A stretch of DNA of 64,000 bases, taken from NCBI GenBank assembly GCA_964016885.1, contig OZ024764.1:2046001-2110000 (forward strand), read 5' to 3'. Shown in pieces: positions 23,744 to 36,227 of the stretch; position 1 is the stretch's first letter, and each line of letters starts with the position of its first letter. Both the position numbers and the translations under genes were made by a program. This DNA is from Eledone cirrhosa. Its lineage: Eukaryota. Below the pieces are notes generated by a model. It ran no database searches. It was not told where the DNA came from and worked only from the letters and a program-made list of their open reading frames with translations.

Positions 23744-26700
23744 CAGTAATGGAAAGACCAATGGAAACATTGTTTCCTTGGTCTGATCTGATGATCAGCT
23801 CCTTTCTTCTGCCAGGAGTTGTGACTGACAGATAGTATCAGTAATGGAAAGACCAATGGAGACATTGTTTCCTTGGTCTGATCTGATGATCAGCTCCTTT
23901 CTTCTGCCAGGAGTTGTGACTGACAGATAGTATCAGTAATGGAAAGACCAATGGAGACATTGTTTCCTTGGTCTGATCTGATGATCAGCTCCTTTCTTCT
24001 ACCAGGAGTTGTGACTGACAGATAGTATCAGTAATGGAAAGACCAATGGAGACATTGTTTCCTTGGTCTGATCTGATGATCAGCTCCTTTCTTCTGCCAG
24101 GAGTTGTGACTGACAGATAGTATCAGTAATGGAAAGACCAATGGAGACATTGTTTCCTTGGTCTGATCTGATGATCAGCTCCTTTCTTCTGTCAGGAGTT
24201 GTGACTGACAGATAGTATCAGTAATGGAAAGACCAATGGAAACATTGTTTCCTTGGTCTGATCTGATGATCAGCTCCTTTCTTCTGTCAGGAGTTGTGAC
24301 TGACAGATAGTATCAGTAATGGAAAGACCAATGGAAACATTGTTTCCTTGGTCTGATCTGATGATCAGCTCCTTTCTTCTACCAGGAGTTGTGACTGACA
24401 GATAGTATCAGTAATGGAAAGACCAATGGAGACATTGTTTCCTTGGTCTGATCTGATGATCAGCTCCTTTCTTCTGTCAGGAGTTGTGACTGACAGATAG
24501 TATCAGTAATGGAAAGACCAATGGAAACATTGTTTCCTTGGTCTGATCTGATGATCAGCTCCTTTCTTCTACCAGGAGTTGTGACTGACAGATAGTATCA
24601 GTAATGGAAAGACCAATGGAGACATTGTTTCCTTGGTCTGATCTGATGATCAGCTCCTTTCTTCTGCCAGGAGTTGTGACTGACAGATAGTATCAGTAAT
24701 GGAAAGACCAATGGAAAAATTGTTTCCTTGGTCTGATCTGATGATCAGCTCCTTTCTTCTGTCAGGAGTTGTGACTGACAGATAGTATCAGTAATGGAAA
24801 GACCAATGGAAACATTGTTTCCTTGGTCTGCTCTGATGATCAGCTCCTTTCTTCTGCCAGGAGTTGTGACTGACAGATAGTATCAGTAATGGAAAGACCA
24901 ATGGAGACATTGTTTCCTTGGTCTGATCTGATGATCAGCTCCTTTCTTCTGTCAGGAGTTGTGACTGACAGATAGTATCAGTAATGGAAAGACCAATGGA
25001 AACATTGTTTCCTTGGTCTGATCTGATGATCAGCTCCTTTCTTCTGCCAGGAGTTGTGACTGACAGATAGTATCAGTAATGGAAAGACCAATGGAAACAT
25101 TGTTTCCTTGGTCTGATCTGATGATCAGCTCCTTTCTTCTACCAGGAGTTGTGACTGACAGATAGTATCAGTAATGGAAAGACCAATGGAGACATTGTTT
25201 CCTTGGTCTGATCTGATGATCAGCTCCTTTCTTCTGCCAGGAGTTGTGACTGACAGATAGTATCAGTAATGGAAAGACCAATGGAAACATTGTTTCCTTG
25301 GTCTGATCTGATGATCAGCTCCTTTCTTCTGTCAGGAGTTGTGACTGACAGATAGTATCAGTAATGGAAAGACCAATGGAAACATTGTTTCCTTGGTCTG
25401 ATCTGATGATCAGCTCCTTTCTTCTACCAGGAGTTGTGACTGACAGATAGTATCAGTAATGGAAAGACCAATGGAAACATTGTTTCCTTGGTCTGATCTG
25501 ATGATCAGCTCCTTTCTTCTACCAGGAGTTGTGACTGACAGATAGTATCAGTAATGGAAAGACCAATGGAGACATTGTTTCCTTGGTCTGATCTGATGAT
25601 CAGCTCCTTTCTTCTGCCAGGAGTTGTGACTGACAGATAGTATCAGTAATGGAAAGACCAATGGAGACATTGTTTCCTTAGTCTGATCTGATGATCAGCT
25701 CCTTTCTTCTGTCAGGTGTTGTGACTGACAGATAGTATCAGTAATGGAAAGACCAATGGAGACATTGTTTCCTTGGTCTGATCTGATGATCAGCTCCTTT
25801 CTTCTACCAGGAGTTGTGACTGACAGATAGTATCAGTAATGGAAAGACCAATGGAGACATTGTTTCCTTGGTCTGATCTGATGATCAGCTCCTTTCTTCT
25901 GTCAGGTGTTGTGACTGACAGATAGTATCAGTAATGGAAAGACCAATGGAGACATTGTTTCCTTGGTCTGATCTGATGATCAGCTCCTTTCTTCTACCAG
26001 GAGTTGTGACTGACAGATAGTATCAGTAATGGAAAGACCAATGGAGACATTGTTTCCTTGGTCTGATCTGATGATCAGCTCCTTTCTTCTGCCAGGAGTT
26101 GTGACTGACAGATAGTATCAGTAATGGAAAGACCAATGGAGACATTGTTTCCTTAGTCTGATCTGATGATCAGCTCCTTTCTTCTGTCAGGTGTTGTGAC
26201 TGACAGATAGTATCAGTAATGGAAAGACCAATGGAGACATTGTTTCCTTGGTCTGATCTGATGATCAGCTCCTTTCTTCTGTCAGGTGTTGTGACTGACA
26301 GATAGTATCAGTAATGGAAAGACCAATGGAGACATTGTTTCCTTGGTCTGATCTGATGATCAGCTCCATTCTTCTACCAGGAGTTGTGACTGACAGATAG
26401 TATCAGTAATGGAAAGACCAATGGAAACATCGTTTCCTTGGTCTGATCTGATGATCAGCTCCTTTCTTCTGTCAGGTGTTGTGACTGACAGATAGTATCA
26501 GTAATGGAAAGACCAATGGAGACATTGTTTCCTTGGTCTGATCTGATGGTCAGCTCCTTTCTTCTGCCAGGAGTTGTGACTGACAGATAGTATCAGTAAT
26601 GGAAAGACCAATGGAGACATTGTTTCCTCGGTCTGATCTGATGATCAGCTCCTTTCTTCTACCAGGAGTTGTGACTGACAGATAGTATCAGTAATGGAAA

Positions 26701-27283
26701 GACCAATGGAGACATTGTTTCCTTGGTCTGATCTGATGATCAGCTCCTTTCTTCTGCCAGGAGTTGTGACTGACAGATAGTATCAGTAATGGAAAGACCA
26801 ATGGAGATATTGTTTCCTTGGTCTGATCTGATGATCAGCTCCTTTCTTCTGTCAGGTGTTGTGACTGACAGATAGTATCAGTAATGGAAAGACCAATGGA
26901 GACATTGTTTCCTTGGTCTGATCTGATGATCAGCTCCATTCTTCTACCAGGAGTTGTGACTGACAGATAGTATCAGTAATGGAAAGACCAATGGAAACAT
27001 TGTTTCCTTGGTCTGATCTGATGATCAGCTCCTTTCTTCTGTCAGGAGTTGTGACAGACAGATAGTATCAGTAATGGAAAGACCAATGGAGATATAGTTT
27101 CCTCGGTCTGATCTGATGATCAGCTCCTTTCTTCTGTCAGGAGTTGAGACTGACAGATAGTATCAGTAATGGAAAGACCAATGGAGACATTGTTTCCTTG
27201 GTCTGATCTGATGATCAGCTCCTTTCTTCTACCAGGAGTTGTGACTGACAGATAGTATCAGTAATGGAAAGACCAATGGAAAC
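23744..27283 (+). repeat. 95-bp minisatellite, ~37 highly homogeneous units
   Basis: CAGTAATGGAAAGACCAATGGA(G/A)ACATTGTTTCCTTGGTCTGATCTGATGATCAGCTCCTTTCTTCT(GC/AC/GT)CAGGAGTTGTGACTGACAGATAGTAT with period 95. Confidence 0.97.
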
Positions 27284-27290
27284 TCTTCTG

Positions 27291-27512
27291 AATAACAATG
27301 GTTTCTATTATAGGCACAAGACCAGCAATGTCAGAGGAGGGGAAGGTCGAATAAGTCAACTCCAGTGCGTTAACTGGTACTTTAAATTATGGACTCTCTA
27401 AAGATGAAAGGCAAAGTTAACCTCGGCGAGATCTGAACTCAGACCGCAAAGGGCCACAACTCTATGCTGCAAAGCCTAGTGTCCGGCGCTCTACCGATTC
27501 TGACAATCCCCC
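27291..27512 (-). mobile_element. SINE family B, diverged near-full-length copy
   Basis: Reverse complement has a tRNA-like head, GAGTTCAGATCTCGCCGAGGTTAACTTTGCCTTTCATC, AAAGTACCAG and CTTGTGCCTATAATAGAAAC. Confidence 0.8.
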
Positions 27513-27822
27513 AATAATATTACTAATAAAATACATAAGAAAAGTATACAGAGTCCCATTGGTTTGTACATGGGAAAATATATGGGGTGTTACGTAATGG
27601 AGTGCGTGGGGAATATGCACACACCACTGAAAAGATATACACGCAGGGAGTGCGTGAACAGGCCATAATGGAGCATGTCACTCTGGGTGAGATAAAGTGC
27701 CTTATTGATGTATGGCACAGGACCGACTATCCGTGGAGGTTGACCCACCGTGTCCCGGCTCATGCAGTGTTGTTGCCTGGGATGACGTGCCGAGTCTGAT
27801 ATGCAGCATAGGTTGTGTTGAC

Positions 27823-28617
27823 TTACCCCCACAGGGCATACATAGTCAACCAGGTATGGTGTCTGGTCCCTTGGACCGGCGTCCGCTTTCCCCGCATGCG
27901 TTTAGCTTGGGCTGTCCATGCGGAGAATGTGCACCTTCTCTGGTGTCTGCACGTCATGATAATCTCCGATTTCAGGCTGACCGCATCATCCTTCAATCCG
28001 ACTATCTCCATGGCCTCGGATAGGCACAGCCTACACTTCCTATTTCCACCCGAACATGCATTCGCATGTTGAACGATACTCCAGTTGAGGGCATACGGGG
28101 TGCCGTTGTCTTTCAAGTCCCATATTAGGTCCGCCAGCCTAGTGGAGTGTCTCTTGCTCCGGTCCTTGAAAGAGGTTGTGTGATTATACATCCTCGATTT
28201 AAAGGTAGTAGATATTGCACTGATGTAGGTACGCTAGGTGTTGTGCGTGTTAACCACACATTTATATACTAGGCCATTCGTTAGGCATCTACCCTGCAAG
28301 GCACATTGTGTGCCCGCTCTGCAGTTGCAAGTTCGGTCGTTATGTTGCTCATTTCCAACGCTGGGCCCTTGGTCTACCACGGCACTCTCCCGATTATTTG
28401 GGTCCTGTTGTGTCGGTGCGGAAGGCCTTCCTCCGCTCGGCATTCGATTACACCGTCTTCCGCGGGCATGGCGGCAACAGCGGGGTCGGGGTATAGTTGG
28501 AGACCCTGTCTGCAAGGGGCCCTCCATATGCCCCGCGTGATTGCCAGTCGCCCGCCGCTGTTGATGGTCGAGTTTCCCCAACTCCACCGCGTTGGTTTGG
28601 GCCATGTAGTCTGCCAT
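27823..28617 (-). pseudogene. Penelope-like (Naiad-type) GIY-YIG endonuclease ORF without RT, one in-frame TAG
   Basis: TCNCRAGTQCALQGRCLTNGLVYKCVV.NTHNT*RTYISAISTTFKSRMYNHTTSF..STRLADLIWDLK..LNWSI..CRLCLSE..SEIIMTCRH. Shows CxCx5C, VY..YI(G>S), the catalytic R..H, CxLC and CRH motifs. Confidence 0.85.
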
Positions 28618-28619
28618 TT

Positions 28620-28737
28620 TTTGTGTATGTGTAGAGGTGTGTACATACATATATACATACGTGTATGTGTAAGAATATATGTGCGAGTCTGTGTGTGTGT
28701 GCATGCACACGTGCAGGGGGAAAAATGTATTAGGGTA

Positions 28738-28770
<33 letters not shown>

Positions 28771-29980
28771 GTGTATGTATGTATATGTGTATATATGTGT
28801 GTGTGTGTATATATATATATATAAATATATGTGTATGTAAGTATATGTGTATATATGTGTGTGTGTATATATATATATATAAATAAATATATGTGTATGT
28901 ATGTATATGTGTATATATGTGTGTGTGTATATATATATATAAATAAATATGTGTATGTATGTATATGTGTATGTATATGTGTAAATATATGTGTATGTAT
29001 GTATATGTGTATATATGTGTGTGTGTGTGTGTATATATATATAAATATATGTGTATGTATGTATATGTGTATATATGTGTGTGTGTATATATATATATAA
29101 ATATATGTGTATGTATGTATATGTGCATATATGTGTGTATGTATGTATATGTATACAGATGTGTAGACGTATGTGTGTATACGTGTGTGTGGGTGGGTGT
29201 GTGTATATATATATATATATGAATGTTTATGTGTGTGTGTATGCATATGTATGTGCATATGTGTGTGCGTAAATGTAAGTATGTGTATATGTATATATAT
29301 ATCTGTGAGTGTATGTGTATGAATATGTAGGGATGCGTGTGTGTGTGTGTGTGACTGTGTATATATATACACGTGCCTGTGTCTGTGTATATATATATAC
29401 GTGCGTGTGTGTGTGTGTGTGCGGGTGGGTGTGTGTGTGCGGGTGTGTGTGTGTGTGTGAGTGTGTTTGCGTGCGGGTGGGTGTGTGTGCAGGTGGGTGT
29501 GTATGAGTGTGTGTGTGCGGGTGTGTCTGTTTATATATATACACGAGCGTGCGTGTGTGTGGGTGTGTGTGTGTGCGGGTGTGTGTGTGCGGGTGTGTGT
29601 GTGTGCGGGTGTGTGTGTGTGCGGGTGTGTGTGTGTGCGGGTGTGTGTGTGTGTGCGGGTGTGTGTGTGTGCGGGTGTGTGTGCGGGTGTGTGTGCGTGT
29701 GTGTGTGTGTGCGGGTGTGTGTGCGTGCGGGTGTGTGTGTGTGCGGGTGTGTGTGTGTGCGGGTGTGTGCGGGTGTGTGTGTGTGCGGGTGTGTGTATGT
29801 GCGGGTGTGTGTGTGTGCGGGTGTGTGTATGTGCGGGTGTGTGTGTGTGCGGCTGTGTGTGTGTGCGGGTGTGTGTATGTGCGGGTGTGTGTGTGCGGGT
29901 GTGTGTGTGTGCGGGTGTGTGTGTGTGCGGGTGTGTGTGTGTGCGGGTGTGTGTGTGTGCGGGTGTGTGTATGTGTGTGA
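28620..29980. repeat. Compound (TG)/(TA) microsatellite grading into (GTGTGTGCGG)n
   Basis: Direct reading of the sequence. Confidence 0.95.
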
Positions 29981-30185
29981 GCTGACAAACAGCAGTAATT
30001 TTGCAGATGGGACAGTGGGTGAGTGACAGCTCACGCCCTGACGGTCAGCAGGCTGTTACAAGTGGTCAGAATAATGATGACATCACTAACCAGTGACCAA
30101 CGCAAGGACGTGCAAAGCGGATGAAGGTGGACGATATAGGCTTGTAGGGCCAGAAACCCCAGAAAGAGGATATGATCCGAAATCA

Positions 30186-30400
30186 ATAGACGCGTCTGAG
30201 GAACCTGCGAGTCTAGAGTCAGGTAGATACACACACGGATCGCACCTCAAGCTGTTCACCGGGGAAACAATTGTAACACACAATAAATTGAGTTCTGATG
30301 CATCACTGATTGTTCCTTATCCATTCTATAATACTCTGCTCCGTAGGAGCATAGAGTGCTCAACCGGCTTACCGCCTATGGAAACATCTTAGCTACCATC
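30186..30400 (+). mobile_element. Dispersed repeat, possibly a Penelope pseudo-LTR family
   Basis: GAGTCAGGT..AGCTG..GAAAC.ATTGTAA..AATAAATT..GAGTGCTCAACCGGC recurs at 43515-43690 and 46320-46540. Confidence 0.5.
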
Positions 30401-30402
30401 CG

Positions 30403-30441
<39 letters not shown>

Positions 30442-30586
30442 AAAGGTAAACAGAAATCAGAAATAACAACACAATTGGTACAGTATATGGAAGGAATATA
30501 TTAGGTTAACGCTTGATATAGCAGGAAGAGGGTCTTATATACACACACAAATATATAGACTGTATATGTAAAAAATGTATATATGT

Positions 30587-31701
30587 GTGTGTGGACAATA
30601 TTTGTTCGCAATTTTCAACTGCTAATTTTATGCAAATTTTTTTACTTCCGTTGTCACTCTTGTCTTCATAAAAACAGTGACTATATTTCCATTATTTATT
30701 TTCAGAATAATTGATTATGAATAATTTTGAACCTCCAAATTTGTGGAAGAGACCCGTGTCTAAGTCGGGAGACAGTGACGAAGGCCTGTAGCCGGTTCCG
30801 AGGCCGCCTTGCGGCCATCATCAAATCCAATGGCGGGTTTATCGAGTGAGATCGAAAGAACAAGTCATGAAGACAAACTGACCCAAGTTTGATAAATATA
30901 TCTTAAAAAATAAAACTACTGTGTTATTTTTTCCTAGACAGTAAACTTGCGAACAAATATCGTCCGCACCTCAAGGCGGCCTCGGAACCGGCTACAGGCC
31001 TTCGTCACTGTCCCCCCACTTAGGCCCCTAAAGGCACTTGTGATCCTGGCCTTCAAATCGTCTTTCGTATTGCAGCTAGATCTGTTGGTGTCTCGTTCTA
31101 CTGCGCCCCACACAAAGAAGTCGAGGGGTTTGCAGTCAGGCGAGCTGGGAGGCCAGATGTCAGGTGAAGTGTGGTCGACAAAGTTCTCTGACAGCCAGGC
31201 TTGGGTCTTTCGGCTGGTATGGCAGGGCGCTGAGTCTTGCTGCCACACGTATGGCCTACCTGCAGCTACCTGGTCGATCCAGGGCTTTACTACCTCGCTC
31301 AGAACGCAGATGTAGTCATCGGTGTTCAGCTTGAGGCCCTCAGGGAAGAAGTGAGGTGGCATGACGTCACCTTGACTGCTGACGACACCTAAGACCAATG
31401 TTGTCGCTGGAAACTTTGTCTGCATGACTCTGGACACGTCTTTGGATGAGACAGCGAGCCACCTGTTGTTCTGGGAGTTGATCTTCTGGCCTTATTTGTC
31501 CTCCCGGCACAGATTCCAAGAAGAACTCTGTGTCTCTTCCACAAATTTGGAGGTTCAAAATTATACATAATCAATTATTCTGAAAATAAATAATGGAAAT
31601 ATAGTCACTGTTTTTATGAAGACAAGAGTGACAACGGAAGTAAAAAAAATTTGCATAAAATTAGCAGTTGAAAATTGCGAACAAATATCTTCCACACCCT
31701 G
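30587..31701. mobile_element. Two DD37D (maT-type) Tc1/mariner deletion derivatives in opposite orientations
   Basis: Minus ORF has QQD-(37 aa)-D (WQQDSAPCH..WPPSSPDCKPLDFFVWG). TIR TA|CAGGGTGTGGAAGATATTTGTTCGCAA at 31701. ~165 bp at 30589-30752 is inverted relative to 31532-31697. Confidence 0.92.
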
Positions 31702-31834
31702 TATATATATGTATCTCTCTCTCTCTCTGTATGTATATATATATATATATATATATAACGAAGGAAATGTGGTAAGGAACCAGGTGGACCATAACGCACC
31801 AAAGTACTCAATACTTGAGGTAGTAGAGTGGGTA

Positions 31835-31954
31835 ATAGGAACCAGTAGGACCCCGACAGCTGAGCTCAAGCCGTTTCGACGGCTAATTCTGGACGTCCAG
31901 AATTAGCCGTCGAAACGGCTTGAGCTCAGCTGTCGGGGTCCTACTGGTTCCTAT
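31835..31954. repeat. Perfect 120-bp palindrome, no spacer
   Basis: 60-bp arms centred on GGAC|GTCC (31894/31895). The left flank 31760-31866 recurs in reverse at 50775-50882. Confidence 0.95.
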
Positions 31955-32228
31955 ATATATATATATATATATACATACAGAGATAGAGAGATGTTGATAT
32001 GTGAGAGAGTAAGAAAAAGATCCAAACTAGGAGAGAGTCGGTGGCACCACCTTTTATCCAAGAACCCCCACCCCCACCCCACCGCGGGGGAGGGGGGGGG
32101 GGGCTCATTTGTGCCGAATGACGAACATTATACCAACGTAGAGAATACAAGAAACAGGCTTTGTTACTATAACAAACTGCCTAATGGACAATTTTACTAC
32201 ATACACATAGATACGTATATGTATATGT

Positions 32229-32281
<53 letters not shown>

Positions 32282-32367
32282 AACATACACACACATATAT
32301 ATATATATATATATGTATGTACACTCATATATAGACATACCACACAGACATATATATATATTTATAT

Positions 32368-32411
<44 letters not shown>

Positions 32412-32608
32412 GTATAGACATAGCACAGACATATATATATTTACATACACACACACACACATATATATATATATACATATACACACACATATATATATAT
32501 ATATACACACGTATAGACATAGCACAGACATATATATATTTACATACACACACACACATATATATATATATATACATATACACACAAATATATGTATATT
32601 TATATATT

Positions 32609-32663
<55 letters not shown>

Positions 32664-32864
32664 ATATGTATATATATATATACAAACACACACAATACAT
32701 AAATATATAAACTCATATATATATATATATACATGTATATATACATACACACACAAATATATATAGATTCACATACATATATACATTCACGCACAGACAC
32801 ACACACACACACACATACATATATATAAATATACATAGACGTATATATAAAGACACATTTATAT

Positions 32865-32915
<51 letters not shown>

Positions 32916-33186
32916 GACCCTAGTCAGACAGTAGAAACCTTATTTCAAATGGGGCCGCCCCCTTGGTGGACGCATGACCTGGTTTTCAGAAATAGCAACC
33001 AAATTTGACTGAAATTCAAACAGTGCAGTCTTTAGAAAATAAAACGAAGAAGATATTTGATAATGTGTTCCTCTGGGAGTGGGGCTAAGCTGCCTGATAA
33101 TGTCTAGTCCCCTGGGTGGGAGATGAGGTGGCAGGGGAGATAAAATAGACTGAATATATATATATATATGTATATAAGTATATATG

Positions 33187-33220
<34 letters not shown>

Positions 33221-33281
33221 AGTATATATGTATATATATATATATATAGTTAAAAGAATAGAGGTGTAACACACAAGTTAT

Positions 33282-33559
33282 TATATATTGGTAAACGGAA
33301 TAGAAAATGCTGACAAATTGTTCACAGTTGAAAAATGGTTTAATTAGGAATAAAAGAGTATTAGTGATTGTATGGGTTAGTATTCAGTTGTGGTTTTAAG
33401 TTTTTAGGTTTTTACCGGTTGCGCATTTCTAAATGATTTTCAAAAATACACAACTGAATACTAACCCATACAATCACTAATACTTTTTTATTCCTAATTA
33501 AACCATTTTTCAACTGTGAACAATTTGTCAGCATTTTCTATTCCGTTTACCAATATATA
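33282..33559. repeat. Inverted repeat, ~110-bp arms, ~56-bp spacer
   Basis: TATATTGGTAAACGGAATAGAAAATGCTGAC...TTCAGTTGTG pairs with CACAACTGAA...GTCAGCATTTTCTATTCCGTTTACCAATATA. Confidence 0.92.
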
Positions 33560-33774
33560 TATATATATATATATATAAGTATATAATAAATATTTGCTCT
33601 ACGGTTCTTATATATTTGATATATATTTATCCTTATCGAGCCCTCTTTGGATTTTAGTCTTCATATTTATTATTATTACTATATATATATATATATCCAG
33701 ATGGCTTCCAAAAATAATAGTTGCATTTTAAAAGGGTACGTCAAAGCTTATTTGTAAAACTGTTATATATTGTA

Positions 33775-33840
33775 TTTTGTCTGATGAAGGCATACCATAA
33801 TTTAATTTGGTATCCCTGAAATATGTATAATGAAATAGAT
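33775..33840 (+). ncRNA. Degenerate type I hammerhead-ribozyme-like motif (Penelope-associated)
   Basis: CTGATGA, then stem AGG.ATACCA/TGGTAT.CCT, then GAAA-TATGTA. Stem I is poor. Confidence 0.45.
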
Positions 33841-33968
33841 ATGGTTTTATAAATATAGTTTCCATTTATTAATATCGTATATCTACTCCAAATACTTGTC
33901 GAGTGCTTTATATCAGTTATAAAAATATTTACTTGTTGTATCCCAACAATTTTAAATAGAACTTTTGC

Positions 33969-34002
<34 letters not shown>

Positions 34003-34043
34003 ATATATATATATATATGTATGTATATATATATATATATGTA

Positions 34044-34082
<39 letters not shown>

Positions 34083-34199
34083 ATTATTCTATGTACTATA
34101 TTGACGAGTTGTAGTGAACCTGAGCACTTTACACAATAATTTTATTATTATTATTATTATATGACAAGTAAGTATGTTTGGAAACAGTGAGCAGGTTTG

Positions 34200-35955
34200 A
34201 AATTTGAAAATAGATTAGCTTTCACCGTATTTTTGACTAAAGAAATTTTAGCCTGATGCCGGTAGCTTGTTCCATGGAGGTTTTAAAGGATGCAGTGTCT
34301 CGACAGCTAACAACTGATGCAGGTAGTTTGTTCCATGGAGGTTTTAAAGGATGCAGTGTCTCGACAGCTAAGAACTGATGCAGGTAGTTTGTTCCATGGA
34401 GGTTTTAAAGGATGCAGTGTCTCGACAGCTAACAACTGATGCAGGTAGTTTGTTCCATGGAGGTTTAAAAGGATGCAGTGTCTCGACAGCTAACAACTGA
34501 TGCAGGTAGTTTGTTCTATGGAGGTTTAAAAGGATGCAGTGTCTCGACAGCTAACAACTGATGCAGGTAGTTTGTTCTATGGAAGTTTTAAAGGATGCAG
34601 TGTCTCGACAGCTAACAACTGATGCAGGTAGTTTGTTCTATGGAGGTTTTAAAGGATGCAGTGTCTCGACAGCTAACAACTGATGCAGGTAGTTTGTTCT
34701 ATGGAAGTTTTAAAGGATGCAGTGTCTCGACAGCTAACAACTGATGCAGGTAGTTTGTTCTATGGAGGTTTTAAAGGATGCAGTGTCTCGACAGCTAACA
34801 ACTGATGCAGGTAGTTTGTTCTATGGAGGTTTAAAAGGATGCAGTGTCTCGACAGCTAACAACTGATGCAGGTAGTTTGTTCTATGGAGGTTTTAAAGGA
34901 TGCAGTGTCTCGACAGCTAACAACTGATGCTGGTAGTTTGTTCTATGGAGGTTTAAAAGAATGCAGTGTCTCGACAGCTAACAACTGATGCAGGTAGTTT
35001 GTTCTATGGAAGTTTTAAAGGATGCAGTGTCTCGACAGCTAACAACTGATGCAGGTAGTTTGTTCTATGGAAGTTTTAAAGGATGCAGTGTCTCGACAGC
35101 TAACAACTGATGCAGGTAGTTTGTTCTATGGAGGTTTTAAAGGATGCAGTGTCTCGACAGCTAACAACTGATGCAGGTAGTTTGTTCCATGGAGGTTTTA
35201 AAGGATGCAGTGTCTCGACAGCTAACAACTGATGCAGGTAGTTTGTTCCATGGAGGTTTTACAGGATGCAGTGTCTCGACAGCCAACAACTGATGTAGGT
35301 AGTTTGTTCCATGGAGGTTTTAAAGGATGCAGTGTCTCGACAGCTAACAACTGATGTAGGTAGTTTGTTCCATGGAGGTTTAAAGGATGAAGTGTCTCGA
35401 CAGCTAACAACTGATGTAGGTAGTTTGTTCCATGTTTTAGCAACTCTGAGCGTGAAAAAATGTTTCCGAAAGTCATGGGAACTGTGCTGTTTTCTGGCTT
35501 TGTAGGCATGTCCACGTGTGTTAGACACATGGAAATTAAAAAGGTACTCAGGGTTGTTGTTGGCAAGATGGTTAACAATTTTGTGGGTGTTTACCAAGTC
35601 AGTTGCCAGATGTCGGAGCTTCAATGTATCCATGCCCAGGGAAGCAAGGCATTCAGAGTATGGTAGATGCCTGATGGAGGGTATTTACTTGGCTGCACGT
35701 CTCTGAATAGTTTCCAGACGGTCAATGTCCTGAGCAAGATAGGTGTTCCAGACTGGTGATGCAAATTGTAAGTGTGGCCGCACCATAGCCACGTACAGCC
35801 TTAAATAGATAGCTGGAGAGCGGCTGACAAAGGTCTTGCTGAGTGATCCTAAGACACCCTCGGCCCTCTTGACAATTTTAGAGACGTGCTTCGACCAACA
35901 CAAATCGCTGCTGACCGTAATGCCCAGGTCACGTTCACAAGAAGACTTCTTGATA
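34200..35955 (-). mobile_element. CR1-clade LINE, 5'-truncated ORF2 C-terminus with internal tandem array
   Basis: LYVAMVRPHLQFASPVWN..IDRLETIQRRAAK..TRGHAYK..RKHFFTLRVAKTWNKLPTSVV..ASFK, the typical CR1 ORF2 end. Confidence 0.92.
34255..35434 (-). repeat. 61-bp minisatellite (~19 units) from the CR1 WNKLP..FK segment
   Basis: GGTAGTTTGTTC(C/T)ATGGAGGTTTTAAAGGATGCAGTGTCTCGACAGCTAACAACTGATGCA, continuous with the LINE ORF. Confidence 0.96.
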
Positions 35956-36227
35956 TTAGTGTATATATATTAATATATATATTAGGTTGTTCCGGAAACA
36001 AAGGTCACTCTAAATGTTGTTTTGAAACGCAATTCTATCATAGTATTTTCATTATATTTCAGGTGAATGTCGACATACTTAATAATTGATGTATGCTCTT
36101 TAATAATTTTCTACTTATTTCAAACTGTAAACATTCTTGAAGCACAAGCACCCTTAATTATGACATGTCAACAAGGACCTTCGCTTACTTTTCTTGCATG
36201 AGCTTGGGCCCAATGTCTCCCAAACAG

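Noticed and set aside
28234-28236. Selenocysteine read-through in the Naiad-like ORF
   Set aside because: The in-frame stop is TAG, not TGA, and the adjacent YIG is also mutated, which fits decay.
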